Of a stretch of DNA of 64,000 nt, positions 10,802-20,410 are shown in pieces (within the stretch, counting starts at the first letter, position 1; every line of letters starts with the position of its first letter). Below the pieces are notes generated by a model. The model did no database searches, was not told the origin of the DNA, and saw nothing but the letters and a program-made list of their open reading frames with translations. The position numbers and the translations under genes are program-made. Source of the stretch: Pseudogracilibacillus sp. (GTDB lineage: Bacteria > Bacillota > Bacilli > Bacillales > Amphibacillaceae); NCBI GenBank assembly GCA_026169505.1, contig JAPFCO010000118.1:1468-65467 (forward strand). The letters run 5' to 3'.

Positions 10802-11091
10802 TGATTATTTTGATAATTCCCTTAATTACATAAAATATGGATCCACTTCAATGGTGATATAAAGCTTAAGATCTATGAATACAAGTGGTTCTATCAATAT
10901 TTATATTTAGATAAAATTAGAGAGTCAATCTGCAGTAAAATTTCTTATTTGCGAAGTTTTGAGACAATCATTACAGGAATATGAGCTACTGTTTGTAGAC
11001 TCGAGAACCGGCTTTATAAATATGAATAACCTCTTGTATAATTAATGGGCACACAAAAGTGTGACTTTATTTATACAGGAGGTATTTTTGT

Positions 11092-11830
11092 ATGATTTAT
11101 TATCGAAAGATTTTGGAGCAACATGATGAGGGTATAAGCCTTAGGGGCATCGCTGCAAGCACAGGAAACTCTCGTCAAAAGGTAACAGAAGCAATTCAGT
11201 TGGCCGAAAAGAAAGGATTGGTGTGTCCGTTAGATGAGGAAATGACGGATCAATGGATTGAGGATTTCCTTTTTCCAGAAAAGACTTTGGAAGCATTGGG
11301 ACGACACCCATTAGATTTTGATTATATTCATAAGGAATTAGCGAAGCCAAACGTTACACTCTCACTTCTCCATCATGAATATGAAGCAATTTGTCATACT
11401 AATAATAAGATTCCATATTCTTATAGGAGTTTTTTGCGACACTATAGTAGCTACTCCCGAAAGTATAAAGCAACTTTACGGGTTCGTAGAAAACCTGGGG
11501 AAATTATTGAGGTTGATTGGGGGGATCAACAGCCTTTATCATCGATCGCGATACTGTCGAAAAAGTTAAAGCATACATTTTTGTCTCTACGCTACCGTGT
11601 AGTCAACTATATCTTATGCAGAAGCTACATTATCAATGGATTTACATGCATGGATTAGTGCACATAATAGGGCATTTGAATATTTTGGTGGTGCTACACA
11701 GATCTTGGTACCTAATAACCTGAAAACAGGTTTAACTAAAACAGACTTTTAAAGAATTAATCTTAAATACCACCTACAAGGAGATAGAAAACTATTACAA
11801 TGCTATTGTGATACCTACACCTGTACGTTC
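11092..11830 (+). pseudogene. istA: IS21-family transposase IstA, frameshifted and truncated
   Basis: N-terminal HTH, DFDYIHKEL, Y.Y..F, KPGE.IEVDW; continues in another frame (KAYIFVSTLPCSQ) and then decays. Confidence 0.85.
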
Positions 11831-11836
11831 ACCAAA

Positions 11837-11873
11837 AAATCATGGCTGTTATTAACAATAACAGCCATGATTT
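11837..11873 (-). terminator. Intrinsic terminator of the dpp/cupin operon
   Basis: 17-bp perfect inverted repeat AAATCATGGCTGTTATT, 3-nt loop, T-run on the minus strand. Confidence 0.75.
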
Positions 11874-12021
11874 CTATTTTCTTCGGGATAACGATAGATG
11901 ATCTTGCTACCTTAAACCAATAAGTTTTAGATTCATATCCTCATTATCTTCCAAAACAGAGATCTCAACAGTAGAGGTATCATCCAACTTAGTTGCTTTT
12001 CAAGAGCATCCCTCGACTGCG

Positions 12022-12381
12022 TTATTCAGATTTTTTTAACATAACGCAAACTAACTTGCAAGGCTCACTACCATTATTTATACACCAATGTTCCATGCCA
12101 GCAGGTATAAATGTCGCATCTCCTGCCTTTTCCACACTATATTTACCATCACAGTATGTATCCACTTCTCCACTGATAAAGAAAGAATACTCATCTTCTT
12201 CATGGCAACTCATTCCCTCAGCCGGAACACGCTCACCTGGTGTGAGAGAAATAACACTCATACTCATTTCATTAAAGTTATCTTGCTTATTAAATAACTT
12301 TTTCATTTCATACATCGGCATACCGACAGGATCAATATCATTAATATTTATTTTTTTCATTTTATATTCCCACCTATTCAT
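12022..12381 (-). CDS. Cupin-domain protein
   Basis: SCHEEDEYSFFISGE and GDATFIPAGMEHW cupin motifs. Confidence 0.85.
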   Translation of the reverse strand: MNRWEYKMKKININDIDPVGMPMYEMKKLFNKQDNFNEMSMSVISLTPGERVPAEGMSCHEEDEYSFFISGEVDTYCDGKYSVEKAGDATFIPAGMEHWCINNGSEPCKLVCVMLKKSE

Positions 12382-13210
12382 TTTTTAGTTTTGGGTCTAA
12401 AAAGTCTCGTAAACCATCACCCACAAAGTTAGCAGCTATAGCTACTGAAAATATTGCTAAGCCTGGAAAGGTCGACACCCACCAATTGTGCATCGCCTCT
12501 GCACCTCCAGATACCATTGAACCCCACTCAGGTGTGGGTGGTTGTGTTCCAAGTCCAAGAAAGCTTAGTCCAGCGAACATCAAAATTGCATTCCCAAGGT
12601 CGAGTGTTACCATAACTAACAGTGGGCCTAAGCTATTTGGGATAATCTCTAAAAATAGTACCCGAAGATGTGAGGCGCCCATTGCACGGGATGCAGTGAC
12701 ATACTCACTTTCTTTCAAAGAAATAACCATTGAACGCATCAATCTTGCATAGTTGGGCCACCAAATAATGGCCATTGCTATGACAGTATTAAAAACGCTT
12801 GGCCCAAGTGCAGCAGCAATTACCATCGCCAAAATTAATGGTGGAAATGCCATAATAAGCTCTGAAAAACGCATCATTACTTCATCTATTATTCCACCTT
12901 TATATCCTGCAATTCCTCCAAATAAGAGTCCGAAGCTAAATGCGCTAACAACTGTAATAATACCTGCTGTTAAAGAAATTCTTGAACCATAAATAACCCT
13001 TGAAAAAACGTCACGACCCAGTTCATCCGTTCCAAAAAAGTGTGAAAAACTTGGCCCTTGGTATCTAATAGACAAATCCTGTGCAATTGTACTATGTGTA
13101 GCGAAAAGTGGTGCAAAAAAAGCTATAATAATCCACATCGTACAAATGAATAATCCTAGTTTAAAAAGAAATCCCTTTTGAGTTATAAAAGATCTGAACG
13201 TCTTCATCAT
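12374..13210 (-). CDS. dppC: Peptide/nickel ABC permease (DppC/OppC)
   Basis: HFFGTDELGRD, EYVTASRAMG and LSFLGLG motifs. Confidence 0.9.
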   Translation of the reverse strand: MMKTFRSFITQKGFLFKLGLFICTMWIIIAFFAPLFATHSTIAQDLSIRYQGPSFSHFFGTDELGRDVFSRVIYGSRISLTAGIITVVSAFSFGLLFGGIAGYKGGIIDEVMMRFSELIMAFPPLILAMVIAAALGPSVFNTVIAMAIIWWPNYARLMRSMVISLKESEYVTASRAMGASHLRVLFLEIIPNSLGPLLVMVTLDLGNAILMFAGLSFLGLGTQPPTPEWGSMVSGGAEAMHNWWVSTFPGLAIFSVAIAANFVGDGLRDFLDPKLKNE

Positions 13211-14247
13211 TTGTACCTCACTCTCGGATCAATAATTCCATAAAGGATATCAATAAATAAATTAATAATAACAAAAATAAATGCAATTAATAATGACACA
13301 CCTGTTATAGCAGGAAAGTCGAGTGAAACAGCTGAGTGATAAGCATATTGACCAATTCCTGGCCATGCAAAAATGTTTTCAATAAGTACCATTCCACCTA
13401 GTAAGTTACTAAACCCTAATCCTGCAACTGTAAGAACTGGTATTAATGAATTCGCAAGTGCATGCTTTATAATGACACCTGATTCTTTTAGACCCTTTGA
13501 TCTGGCTGTTCGAATATAGTCTGTTGACATCACTTCAAGTAAATTCGATCTCGTTTGACGTGCTATTAACCCCATAGTAAACAACCCTAATACTAGTCCA
13601 GGGAGTGCTAAGTGCATAGCAACATCCATTAGCAATTGAAAATCTCCACTAAGGAGTGAGTCAAATAATAATAGCCCTGTTCCACCCTCTGGCGTTGCTG
13701 ACCTTGAATCGATTCTGCCTGGTCCAGGTGTAAGTCCTAGGAATGAAGAGAAAAAACTAAGCGTAATTAAAGCAAACCAAAAACTTGGTATGGAAACCCC
13801 ACTAATCGAAATCGTACGAACAACATGATCAATTGCCTTGTTTCTATAAATGGCAGAAATGATTCCAAATAGTACTCCAAAAATTAAAGCAATAGTCATA
13901 GCTACGATCGATAATTCTAATGTTGCTGGAAAAAATTGCATTAAGTCTTCCAACACGGGATTACCTGTTCGAATCGATGTACCTAAATCACCCATTAGTA
14001 GATTTTGAAAGTATAGAATAAATTGACTGAATAACGATTTATCTAATCCCCACTTCTCTTTATAGGCAGCAACAACCTCAGGATTACTCATTGCCGCTTG
14101 ACTTAAATTTGAGGCAACGGGATCACTAGGCACTAAATGTGATATCATAAAAACAAGTAGTGATACGCCAAATAACAAGAATAGTAGAAATAATAAACGT
14201 CTACCAATATATCTGAACAATTTTAATTCACTCCTAACTAAAAACAA
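13207..14247 (-). CDS. dppB: Peptide/nickel ABC permease (DppB/OppB); start probably TTG at 14220
   Basis: GDLGTS, DYIRTARSKG and IDPRVR motifs. Confidence 0.9.
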   Translation of the reverse strand: MFLVRSELKLFRYIGRRLLFLLFLLFGVSLLVFMISHLVPSDPVASNLSQAAMSNPEVVAAYKEKWGLDKSLFSQFILYFQNLLMGDLGTSIRTGNPVLEDLMQFFPATLELSIVAMTIALIFGVLFGIISAIYRNKAIDHVVRTISISGVSIPSFWFALITLSFFSSFLGLTPGPGRIDSRSATPEGGTGLLLFDSLLSGDFQLLMDVAMHLALPGLVLGLFTMGLIARQTRSNLLEVMSTDYIRTARSKGLKESGVIIKHALANSLIPVLTVAGLGFSNLLGGMVLIENIFAWPGIGQYAYHSAVSLDFPAITGVSLLIAFIFVIINLFIDILYGIIDPRVRYK

Positions 14248-14294
14248 CTCACAACGAAATCAAAATTTTAAAAATATAATTGTGTGAAAAACTA

Positions 14295-14318
14295 TAGTAG
14301 GTAGTTCCCTACCTACTA
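14295..14318 (-). terminator. Hairpin downstream of the SBP gene (partial terminator or mRNA stabiliser)
   Basis: TAGTAGGTAG-ttcc-CTACCTACTA. Confidence 0.55.
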
Positions 14319-14339
14319 ATAGCCTTCAATATATTCTTA

Positions 14340-15929
14340 TTAGTTGGAAAGTTTCAATTCATTTAAAGGTAACTTGAAAAGATCATTATAGGTAACCCCT
14401 TCAAGTTCAGCGCTTATAGCGAACGTTTTAGGGTGCTGTATTAAGAAACCATAAGGGCTATTCTCCGCCATTAGTTCTTGCATTTCTCCAGACATTTCTG
14501 CACGTTTCAATTCATCTGTTTCTTCTTGTACTTGTTCAGCTAAACTAATCAATTCATCATGTCCTGTTGATTCCCAGTTCGCACGTGTTCCGACAATATT
14601 ATCTGGGACAAATGCTAATTGATTATTTATATCAAAGTAGTCTGGAGACCAGTGCATGACTAGAAATGGATTATTACCGCTTCTATAGTCTTCAATGACA
14701 ACGCCTATTTCTCCCGTTTCTATTTCTACATCAATATTAATTTCTGCTAGATCTTCTTTTACCTTTTCAGCAATTGTCGTCCATGATAATCCTTCAGAAT
14801 CAAAGGTAGCGGTTGTTAAAGGTACTGTAAATCCATCTTCATACCCCGCTTCTTTCATTAAGTCTTTTGCCTTTTCAATATCTTGATAGTTTTCCGCTCT
14901 AGATTTAGAACCAACAAAACCATCTTGAACAAAAGATAAAGGTAATAGTGCCCCTTCACCTGCTAAGTGTTGGAACCCTTCATAATCAAGCGCATAGCGA
15001 ACAGCCTGTTGAACAAGTGGATCTGACATTTCTTTGCCTATTTCGTCACTATTATTCATTAACAAAAAGCTCATTGTTGATGTTGGTGCGGATACGACCT
15101 CAGCATTATCGCTAGATTTAATACTGTCCACTTGATCAGGTCCTACACTTAGTGCAACATCAATTTCTCCGTTTTCAAGCGCCTGAATTTGCGTGTTTGG
15201 ATCAGGCATTTCTTTGATTATTATCTGACTTGCATGAACAGTCCCATTATAATGAGGGTTTTCTTCAAGAACCATCTCCGTATTTTCAGTCCACTTTTTC
15301 AATACATATGGACCACTTCCTGCTGATGCACTATCAAGACTAGCAGTTGCCTCGTCCGTAGTACTTGCATCTTCCGCGTCAGTACCACCTTCTTCTTTCA
15401 CGACTTCACTATCTACAATAGCAAAAGCATTACTAGTAATTTTCGAAAGAAATGATGAATCTTTCTCTTTAAGTGTAATGACAACATGTTTGTCGTCTTC
15501 TGCTTCAACTTTTTCAATACCTTCTGTAAGAGCAGAAGCATTGTCCTTAATATTCATTGTACGATTAATACTAAACACAACGTCATCTGCTGTTACATCA
15601 TTCCCGCTTGAAAACTTACGTCCCTCGTCTAGTGTAAATGTATATACAAGACCTGAATCATCTATTGTATGTTCTGTTGCCAGGGCTGGCTTAGGAGTGA
15701 ACTCTGATCCTTCCACCATGTATAAATTTTCATATGTAGCATAAAAGTAAAGATTCGCATACACTTCATAAGCACGAGCTGGATCCATCGTTTTCCAGTC
15801 TGATGCTATTCCTACAACAATTGTATCCCCTTCAGAAGACGAACTCCCTCCAGTCTCGCTCTGTTTACCACATGCAAAAAGAAATAAAGATAATGTTAAC
15901 ACAACAGCCAGTAAAGAAATCTTTCTCAT
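14340..15929 (-). CDS. dppA: Family 5 ABC substrate-binding lipoprotein (DppA-like)
   Basis: Lipobox LFAC; YTFTL..G.KFSSG..VTADDV.FS; GSGPY. Confidence 0.9.
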   Translation of the reverse strand: MRKISLLAVVLTLSLFLFACGKQSETGGSSSSEGDTIVVGIASDWKTMDPARAYEVYANLYFYATYENLYMVEGSEFTPKPALATEHTIDDSGLVYTFTLDEGRKFSSGNDVTADDVVFSINRTMNIKDNASALTEGIEKVEAEDDKHVVITLKEKDSSFLSKITSNAFAIVDSEVVKEEGGTDAEDASTTDEATASLDSASAGSGPYVLKKWTENTEMVLEENPHYNGTVHASQIIIKEMPDPNTQIQALENGEIDVALSVGPDQVDSIKSSDNAEVVSAPTSTMSFLLMNNSDEIGKEMSDPLVQQAVRYALDYEGFQHLAGEGALLPLSFVQDGFVGSKSRAENYQDIEKAKDLMKEAGYEDGFTVPLTTATFDSEGLSWTTIAEKVKEDLAEINIDVEIETGEIGVVIEDYRSGNNPFLVMHWSPDYFDINNQLAFVPDNIVGTRANWESTGHDELISLAEQVQEETDELKRAEMSGEMQELMAENSPYGFLIQHPKTFAISAELEGVTYNDLFKLPLNELKLSN

Positions 15930-15961
15930 TCAGCAAAACCCCTTTTTAATATTTTATAAAA

Positions 15962-16966
15962 TCATTTTGTAAATAAATGACAAGCTACAGAGTGATCATT
16001 ATCAGTTTGAATAAAATCTGGTGCTTCTTTTTTACAAATATCCATTACAGATGGACATCTAGTGTGAAACCTACAACCAGCTGGTGGATTAGAAGGACTT
16101 GGTACATCTCCTTTAAGAATGATTTTCTCTCTAGATTTTCCATCCGTTTCCGGAATAGATGAGAGAAGAGACTTTGTATAAGGGTGTTGTGTTTCCTCAT
16201 ATAACTTATCACGAGTTGTCAACTCAACGATTTCTCCTAAATACATAACACCGACCCGATCACTAATATGGTGAACCACACTTAAATCATGAGAGATAAA
16301 TAAATAGGTAAGATTCAATTGTTTTTGCAAATCTTCTAATAAATTAATTACCTGTGCTTGTATAGATACATCTAAGGCTGAGACTGGTTCATCACACACG
16401 ATAAGCTCGGGATCTAGTGCTAATGCCCTGGCAATACCAACCCGCTGTTTCTGACCGCCTGACATTTCATGAGGATACATATCCAAATAACGAGTTCCTA
16501 AACCTACTAGGTCTAATAGTTCACCTATTTTTGATTCACCATTTTTAATTTTATGAATTTTGAATGGTTCTAATAAAATTTGCCTGATCGTTCTACGTGG
16601 GTTTAAACAGGCTGATGGATCTTGAAAAATCAATTGTGCTTGTCTCGCGAATTGTTTGTGTTTAGATCTTGGCATATTAGTAATATCCTCACCCTTAAAA
16701 ATAATCTTCGATCCATCGTCTGAAGGGTGAAGTCCAAGAAGTGTCCTAGCTAATGTACTCTTACCACATCCACTTTCACCAACCAGGCTAAATGTTTCCC
16801 CTTTTTTCAGTGTAAAAGAGACATCATTTACCGCTCTTAGCAGACCTTTTTTTCCATCAGCTTGTTTAATATGGAAGGTTTTTTTTAAGTGAGAAACCTC
16901 TAGGATATTTTCCGTTTCAATATGTTTCGATGATGTCTCTCTGCTTAAAGTATCAATTTGTTGCAT
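15962..16966 (-). CDS. dppF: Peptide ABC ATPase (DppF/OppF)
   Basis: GESGCGKST, SGGQKQR and C-terminal GCRFHTRC. Confidence 0.92.
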   Translation of the reverse strand: MQQIDTLSRETSSKHIETENILEVSHLKKTFHIKQADGKKGLLRAVNDVSFTLKKGETFSLVGESGCGKSTLARTLLGLHPSDDGSKIIFKGEDITNMPRSKHKQFARQAQLIFQDPSACLNPRRTIRQILLEPFKIHKIKNGESKIGELLDLVGLGTRYLDMYPHEMSGGQKQRVGIARALALDPELIVCDEPVSALDVSIQAQVINLLEDLQKQLNLTYLFISHDLSVVHHISDRVGVMYLGEIVELTTRDKLYEETQHPYTKSLLSSIPETDGKSREKIILKGDVPSPSNPPAGCRFHTRCPSVMDICKKEAPDFIQTDNDHSVACHLFTK

Positions 16967-17951
16967 TTATATCCTCGTCCCTTCCCACTCCGTCATAAAG
17001 AAAACATCTTACTTCACGACCATCCTTCTGTTTAAATAATGGAGGTGTTTCATGTTCACATCGATCCATTGCATATTTGCAACGCGATTGAAAGTGGCAA
17101 CCATTTGGCATATTAAGTGCATCAGGAACATTTCCCTCAATCGCTTCAAGTCTCTCAACCTCACTTGAAATTTTAGGTATTGCATTCAGTAATCCTTTTG
17201 TATATGGATGGAGAGGGTCTTCAAAAACGAACTTCGTTGGACTTTTTTCAACAATTTGACCCGTGTACATAACTATTACTTCTTCACACATTTCTTTCAC
17301 AACGCCTAAGTCATGGGATATCATAAGAATACTCATCTCACTACCCTTACTTAGGTTGTTCATTAAGTCTAAAATTTGAGCTTGAATAGTGACATCTAAT
17401 GCAGTAGTTGGCTCATCCGCTATTAATAGTTTGGTATTACAAACTAACGCGATGGCAATCATGATTCTTTGACGCATTCCACCTGACATTTGATGTGGAT
17501 ACTCATGAAATCTCTGTTCAGGTGAAGGTATCCCAACCATTTTTAACATATCGATTGCAGTTTTTTTGGCTTCTTGCTTACTAACACCTTTTTGGTGAAT
17601 TAGAATAGGTTCCATAATCTGTTTACCACAAGTATGTAGAGGATTAAGTGATGTCATTGGTTCCTGGAATATCATTGAAACAGATTTCCCTCTGATTTTC
17701 CGCTTTTCTTCAGCCGTAAGCGTTAATAAATCTACGTCTTCAAAATTTATACTTCCCGATATTTCTGTGTTTCCATCTTGTAAAAGCCCCATTATTGCGA
17801 GAGAGGTTACGCTCTTTCCACTCCCACTTTCGCCAACAATTCCTATTGAACTACCTTTTTCTAATTCTAAACTTAATTTATCTACCGCTGTAACAACACC
17901 CTTGCGTGATTTAAATTTAATTGTTAAATCTTCTATTTTAAGTAAGGTCAT
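16953..17951 (-). CDS. dppD: Peptide ABC ATPase (DppD/OppD)
   Basis: GESGSGKS, SGGMRQR and DEPTTALDV. Confidence 0.92.
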   Translation of the reverse strand: MTLLKIEDLTIKFKSRKGVVTAVDKLSLELEKGSSIGIVGESGSGKSVTSLAIMGLLQDGNTEISGSINFEDVDLLTLTAEEKRKIRGKSVSMIFQEPMTSLNPLHTCGKQIMEPILIHQKGVSKQEAKKTAIDMLKMVGIPSPEQRFHEYPHQMSGGMRQRIMIAIALVCNTKLLIADEPTTALDVTIQAQILDLMNNLSKGSEMSILMISHDLGVVKEMCEEVIVMYTGQIVEKSPTKFVFEDPLHPYTKGLLNAIPKISSEVERLEAIEGNVPDALNMPNGCHFQSRCKYAMDRCEHETPPLFKQKDGREVRCFLYDGVGRDEDINATN

Positions 17952-18114
17952 AAACCTCTCCCCTTTATAGATAAACGAGCAAAGTATAGGTATATTTTAA
18001 TGAAACATTTCACACTTTTGTCTATCAGTCTATCTTCTTTAAAATATTATTTGGTGACTTAAATGATAATTAACTATTTTAGCTGATACTTTTAGAGTTT
18101 TAATATTTATATCA

Positions 18115-18657
18115 TTAAAAAATAACTGGAGTAATTACTGAAAGTAATGTAGTTTCTTGATCTAATGGGTTCTCCCAAGTATGGGGGAATGACGATGGGA
18201 AGTGAATCGCCTCTCCTTCTTGCAAATAATACTCCGTTTGATCTACAGTGATTAATATCGCACCTGATAGGACATAATAAAACTCTTCACCCGAATGAGA
18301 AGCGTTTTCATTTGCTTTGTGCTTCGGCTGTAATGTTACAAGAAATGGTTCCATTTTTCGATCTGTAAAATTATTGCTTAACCTGATGTACGTATAATCA
18401 GAGTTTTCTATTCTAAATGGTTTTTGATCTTGCTTTTTTACCGCATGATTCGAATTCTCCGTTTCTTCAAAAAAATGAACCATTTTGACGCCGAATGCAT
18501 CTGCAATTTTCTTTAATGACGTAATAGCAAGAGACGACGTTCCTCTCTCTATTTGAGATAAAAAACTTACAGATAAATCTGTCTTTTCACTCAACTCCTT
18601 TAAGGTCATTCTTTGTTCAAACCGTAATTGTTTTATTTTTTGAAATATTTCATCCAT
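18115..18657 (-). CDS. XRE-cupin transcriptional regulator (PuuR-like architecture)
   Basis: HTH_3 (TLKELSEKTDLSVSFLSQIERG) plus cupin (HSGEEFYYVLSG, PHTWEN). Confidence 0.9.
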   Translation of the reverse strand: MDEIFQKIKQLRFEQRMTLKELSEKTDLSVSFLSQIERGTSSLAITSLKKIADAFGVKMVHFFEETENSNHAVKKQDQKPFRIENSDYTYIRLSNNFTDRKMEPFLVTLQPKHKANENASHSGEEFYYVLSGAILITVDQTEYYLQEGEAIHFPSSFPHTWENPLDQETTLLSVITPVIF

Positions 18658-18688
18658 ATCTTAATTCCTTTCTCAAAAAATTCAATAT

Positions 18689-18753
18689 TAATTACTGTAT
18701 TACTAAAACTTTTTTATTTATATCGGATAATTACTGTATTACTTAAACTTTTT
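18689..18753. repeat. 26-bp direct repeat (2 copies, period 39), likely operators
   Basis: TAATTACTGTATTACTAAAACTTTTT at 18689 and TAATTACTGTATTACTTAAACTTTTT at 18728 (25/26 identical). Confidence 0.8.
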
Positions 18754-18756
18754 ATG

Positions 18757-18785
18757 AATATACCATATACTTAAAATAGTTGCAA
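18757..18785 (-). promoter_or_regulatory. Sigma-A promoter for the XRE-cupin/dpp operon
   Basis: TTGCAA-17 nt-TATATT with an extended TG. Confidence 0.6.
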
Positions 18786-18907
18786 GAGTTTTCTAAATAT
18801 TAACCATACTTATATATTGCTAGAATTAAACGAATTTATTTTTGCAATATTTCTCATAGATATACTTTACTAATAGCATTCTTTCCTGTATGGTTTTTAT
18901 ACACTTG

Positions 18908-19023
18908 AGTGAATTTCATAATTACCTAAATCTGCCACATCACTACAACATGCAGTTAAGATAGGTTCAACGAAACTACATGTTGTAGTGACGTGGCACT
19001 GAATCTGCATGATGAAATTCACT
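18908..19023 (-). ncRNA. Nested-hairpin element, copy A (putative structured RNA; RNA status inferred)
   Basis: 12-bp outer IR (18908-18919/19012-19023) and 25-bp inner IR with 2 mismatches, both G-U on the minus strand; homologous to 27954-28065. Confidence 0.6.
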
Positions 19024-19110
19024 AACTTATGCATAGATTGTGTTTGTCTTACAGGATTTATTTAAAATAACAATATTATTTATCACCGTAAAACAGTGTA
19101 AAAAAAGGAG

Positions 19111-20223
19111 ATGTTAGTATTGAAAAGTGAATATGAACAACGATTAAACGAACTGACAACTTATTTAAAAAAGGAAAAGATTGATATAGCCATGATTACT
19201 TATCCTCCAAACGTATTTTATTATACTGGATTTAACACGGATCCTCATGAACGTTTTCTAGCTTTAATGATAGACACACGTTCAGATCAGTACTTCTTTT
19301 TTGTTCCAGAACTAGATGCAGAAATTGCTAAAAATGATTCGATTATCGAAACAATTATACCTATTTCGGATGGACAGGATCCTTTTGATATTGTCAATCA
19401 GACTATTAACACTAATCTTGCTGTATTTGGGATGGAGAAAAAGGCCGTGACAGTTTTCCGTTTAGAGGGATTAGAAAGCGTCATTACAAATGCGACGTTT
19501 TATGACATTCAACCGAAAATTAATCTGCAACGGATGAAAAAGTCGGAAAAAGAAATTGAATTTGCCCAAGAGGCAGTTAATATTATTGAACGCGTCATGA
19601 AAGAGGGGATTAAGAAAGTCGAGATTGGTATGACTGAAGTCGAATTTATCGCAGAGCTTGAGTATTTAATGCGTCAATTTGGTGCAGACAGTCCATCTTT
19701 CACTACGCTCGTATTATCTGGTAAAAAATCTGCTTTACCACATGGTAGTCCAGGTGAACGAACATTCCAAAAGGGTGATTTTTTACTCATCGACATGGGT
19801 GTTATGAAAAATGGCTATTGCTCAGATATTACGCGGACATTTATTATTGGTGAGGCATCAGAAAAGCAAAAGGAAATTTATAATACCGTCTTGGCGTCTA
19901 ATGAAGCCGGTATCAATGCAATTAAAGCTGGTAAACAAATGAAGGAATTTGATATTGCAGCACGTAATGTTATTCAAGAAGCAGGTTATGGTGAGTACTT
20001 TCATACTCGTGTCGGACATGGCCTTGGCATTGAACTACACGAAGAGCCATCCGTTCATATGACGAATGAATCGATGGCAGAAAGTGGACTACTATTTACG
20101 ATTGAACCAGGTATTTATATACCAGGATATGGTGGCGTAAGAATCGAAGATGAAGTTTACATTAATAAGGAAGGTCAATCTGAAGTATTAACTTCATTCC
20201 CTAAACAACTACAAATAATTTAA
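19111..20223 (+). CDS. Xaa-Pro peptidase, M24B family; start probably TTG at 19120
   Basis: ALPHG, DMG, YCSDITRT, GHGLGIELHEEP, TIEPGIY, GVRIED. Confidence 0.92.
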   Translation: MLVLKSEYEQRLNELTTYLKKEKIDIAMITYPPNVFYYTGFNTDPHERFLALMIDTRSDQYFFFVPELDAEIAKNDSIIETIIPISDGQDPFDIVNQTINTNLAVFGMEKKAVTVFRLEGLESVITNATFYDIQPKINLQRMKKSEKEIEFAQEAVNIIERVMKEGIKKVEIGMTEVEFIAELEYLMRQFGADSPSFTTLVLSGKKSALPHGSPGERTFQKGDFLLIDMGVMKNGYCSDITRTFIIGEASEKQKEIYNTVLASNEAGINAIKAGKQMKEFDIAARNVIQEAGYGEYFHTRVGHGLGIELHEEPSVHMTNESMAESGLLFTIEPGIYIPGYGGVRIEDEVYINKEGQSEVLTSFPKQLQII

Positions 20224-20254
20224 TGGTTTAATGGTTTAATGGTTTAATGGTTTA
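20219..20254. repeat. 8-bp tandem repeat (TTTAATGG) x4.5
   Basis: Read directly; overlaps the peptidase stop codon. Confidence 0.9.
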
Positions 20255-20322
20255 TTTCCAAAAAGGAAGTTCATAGATTGTATAGAAATCAACGTTATAG
20301 CCCATTCCCAGCGCACTAAAAA

Positions 20323-20365
20323 AACTGTGAAAGTAAGAACGGTACTCATTCTTACTTTCACAGTT
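20323..20365. terminator. Terminator between the convergent peptidase and TRAP genes
   Basis: 17-bp IR AACTGTGAAAGTAAGAA / TTCTTACTTTCACAGTT. Confidence 0.75.
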
Positions 20366-20410
20366 AGTTTTATCTTCCAGTTCGATGGTGTATATTTTAA
20401 ATTTATTAAA

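Noticed and set aside
18908-19023. Hairpin element as a simple terminator, 6S RNA, riboswitch or CRISPR repeat
   Set aside because: Copy A lies between divergent genes and has no U-tract. It is shorter than 6S RNA, shows no riboswitch motif I recognise, and there are only two copies 9 kb apart with no spacers or cas genes.
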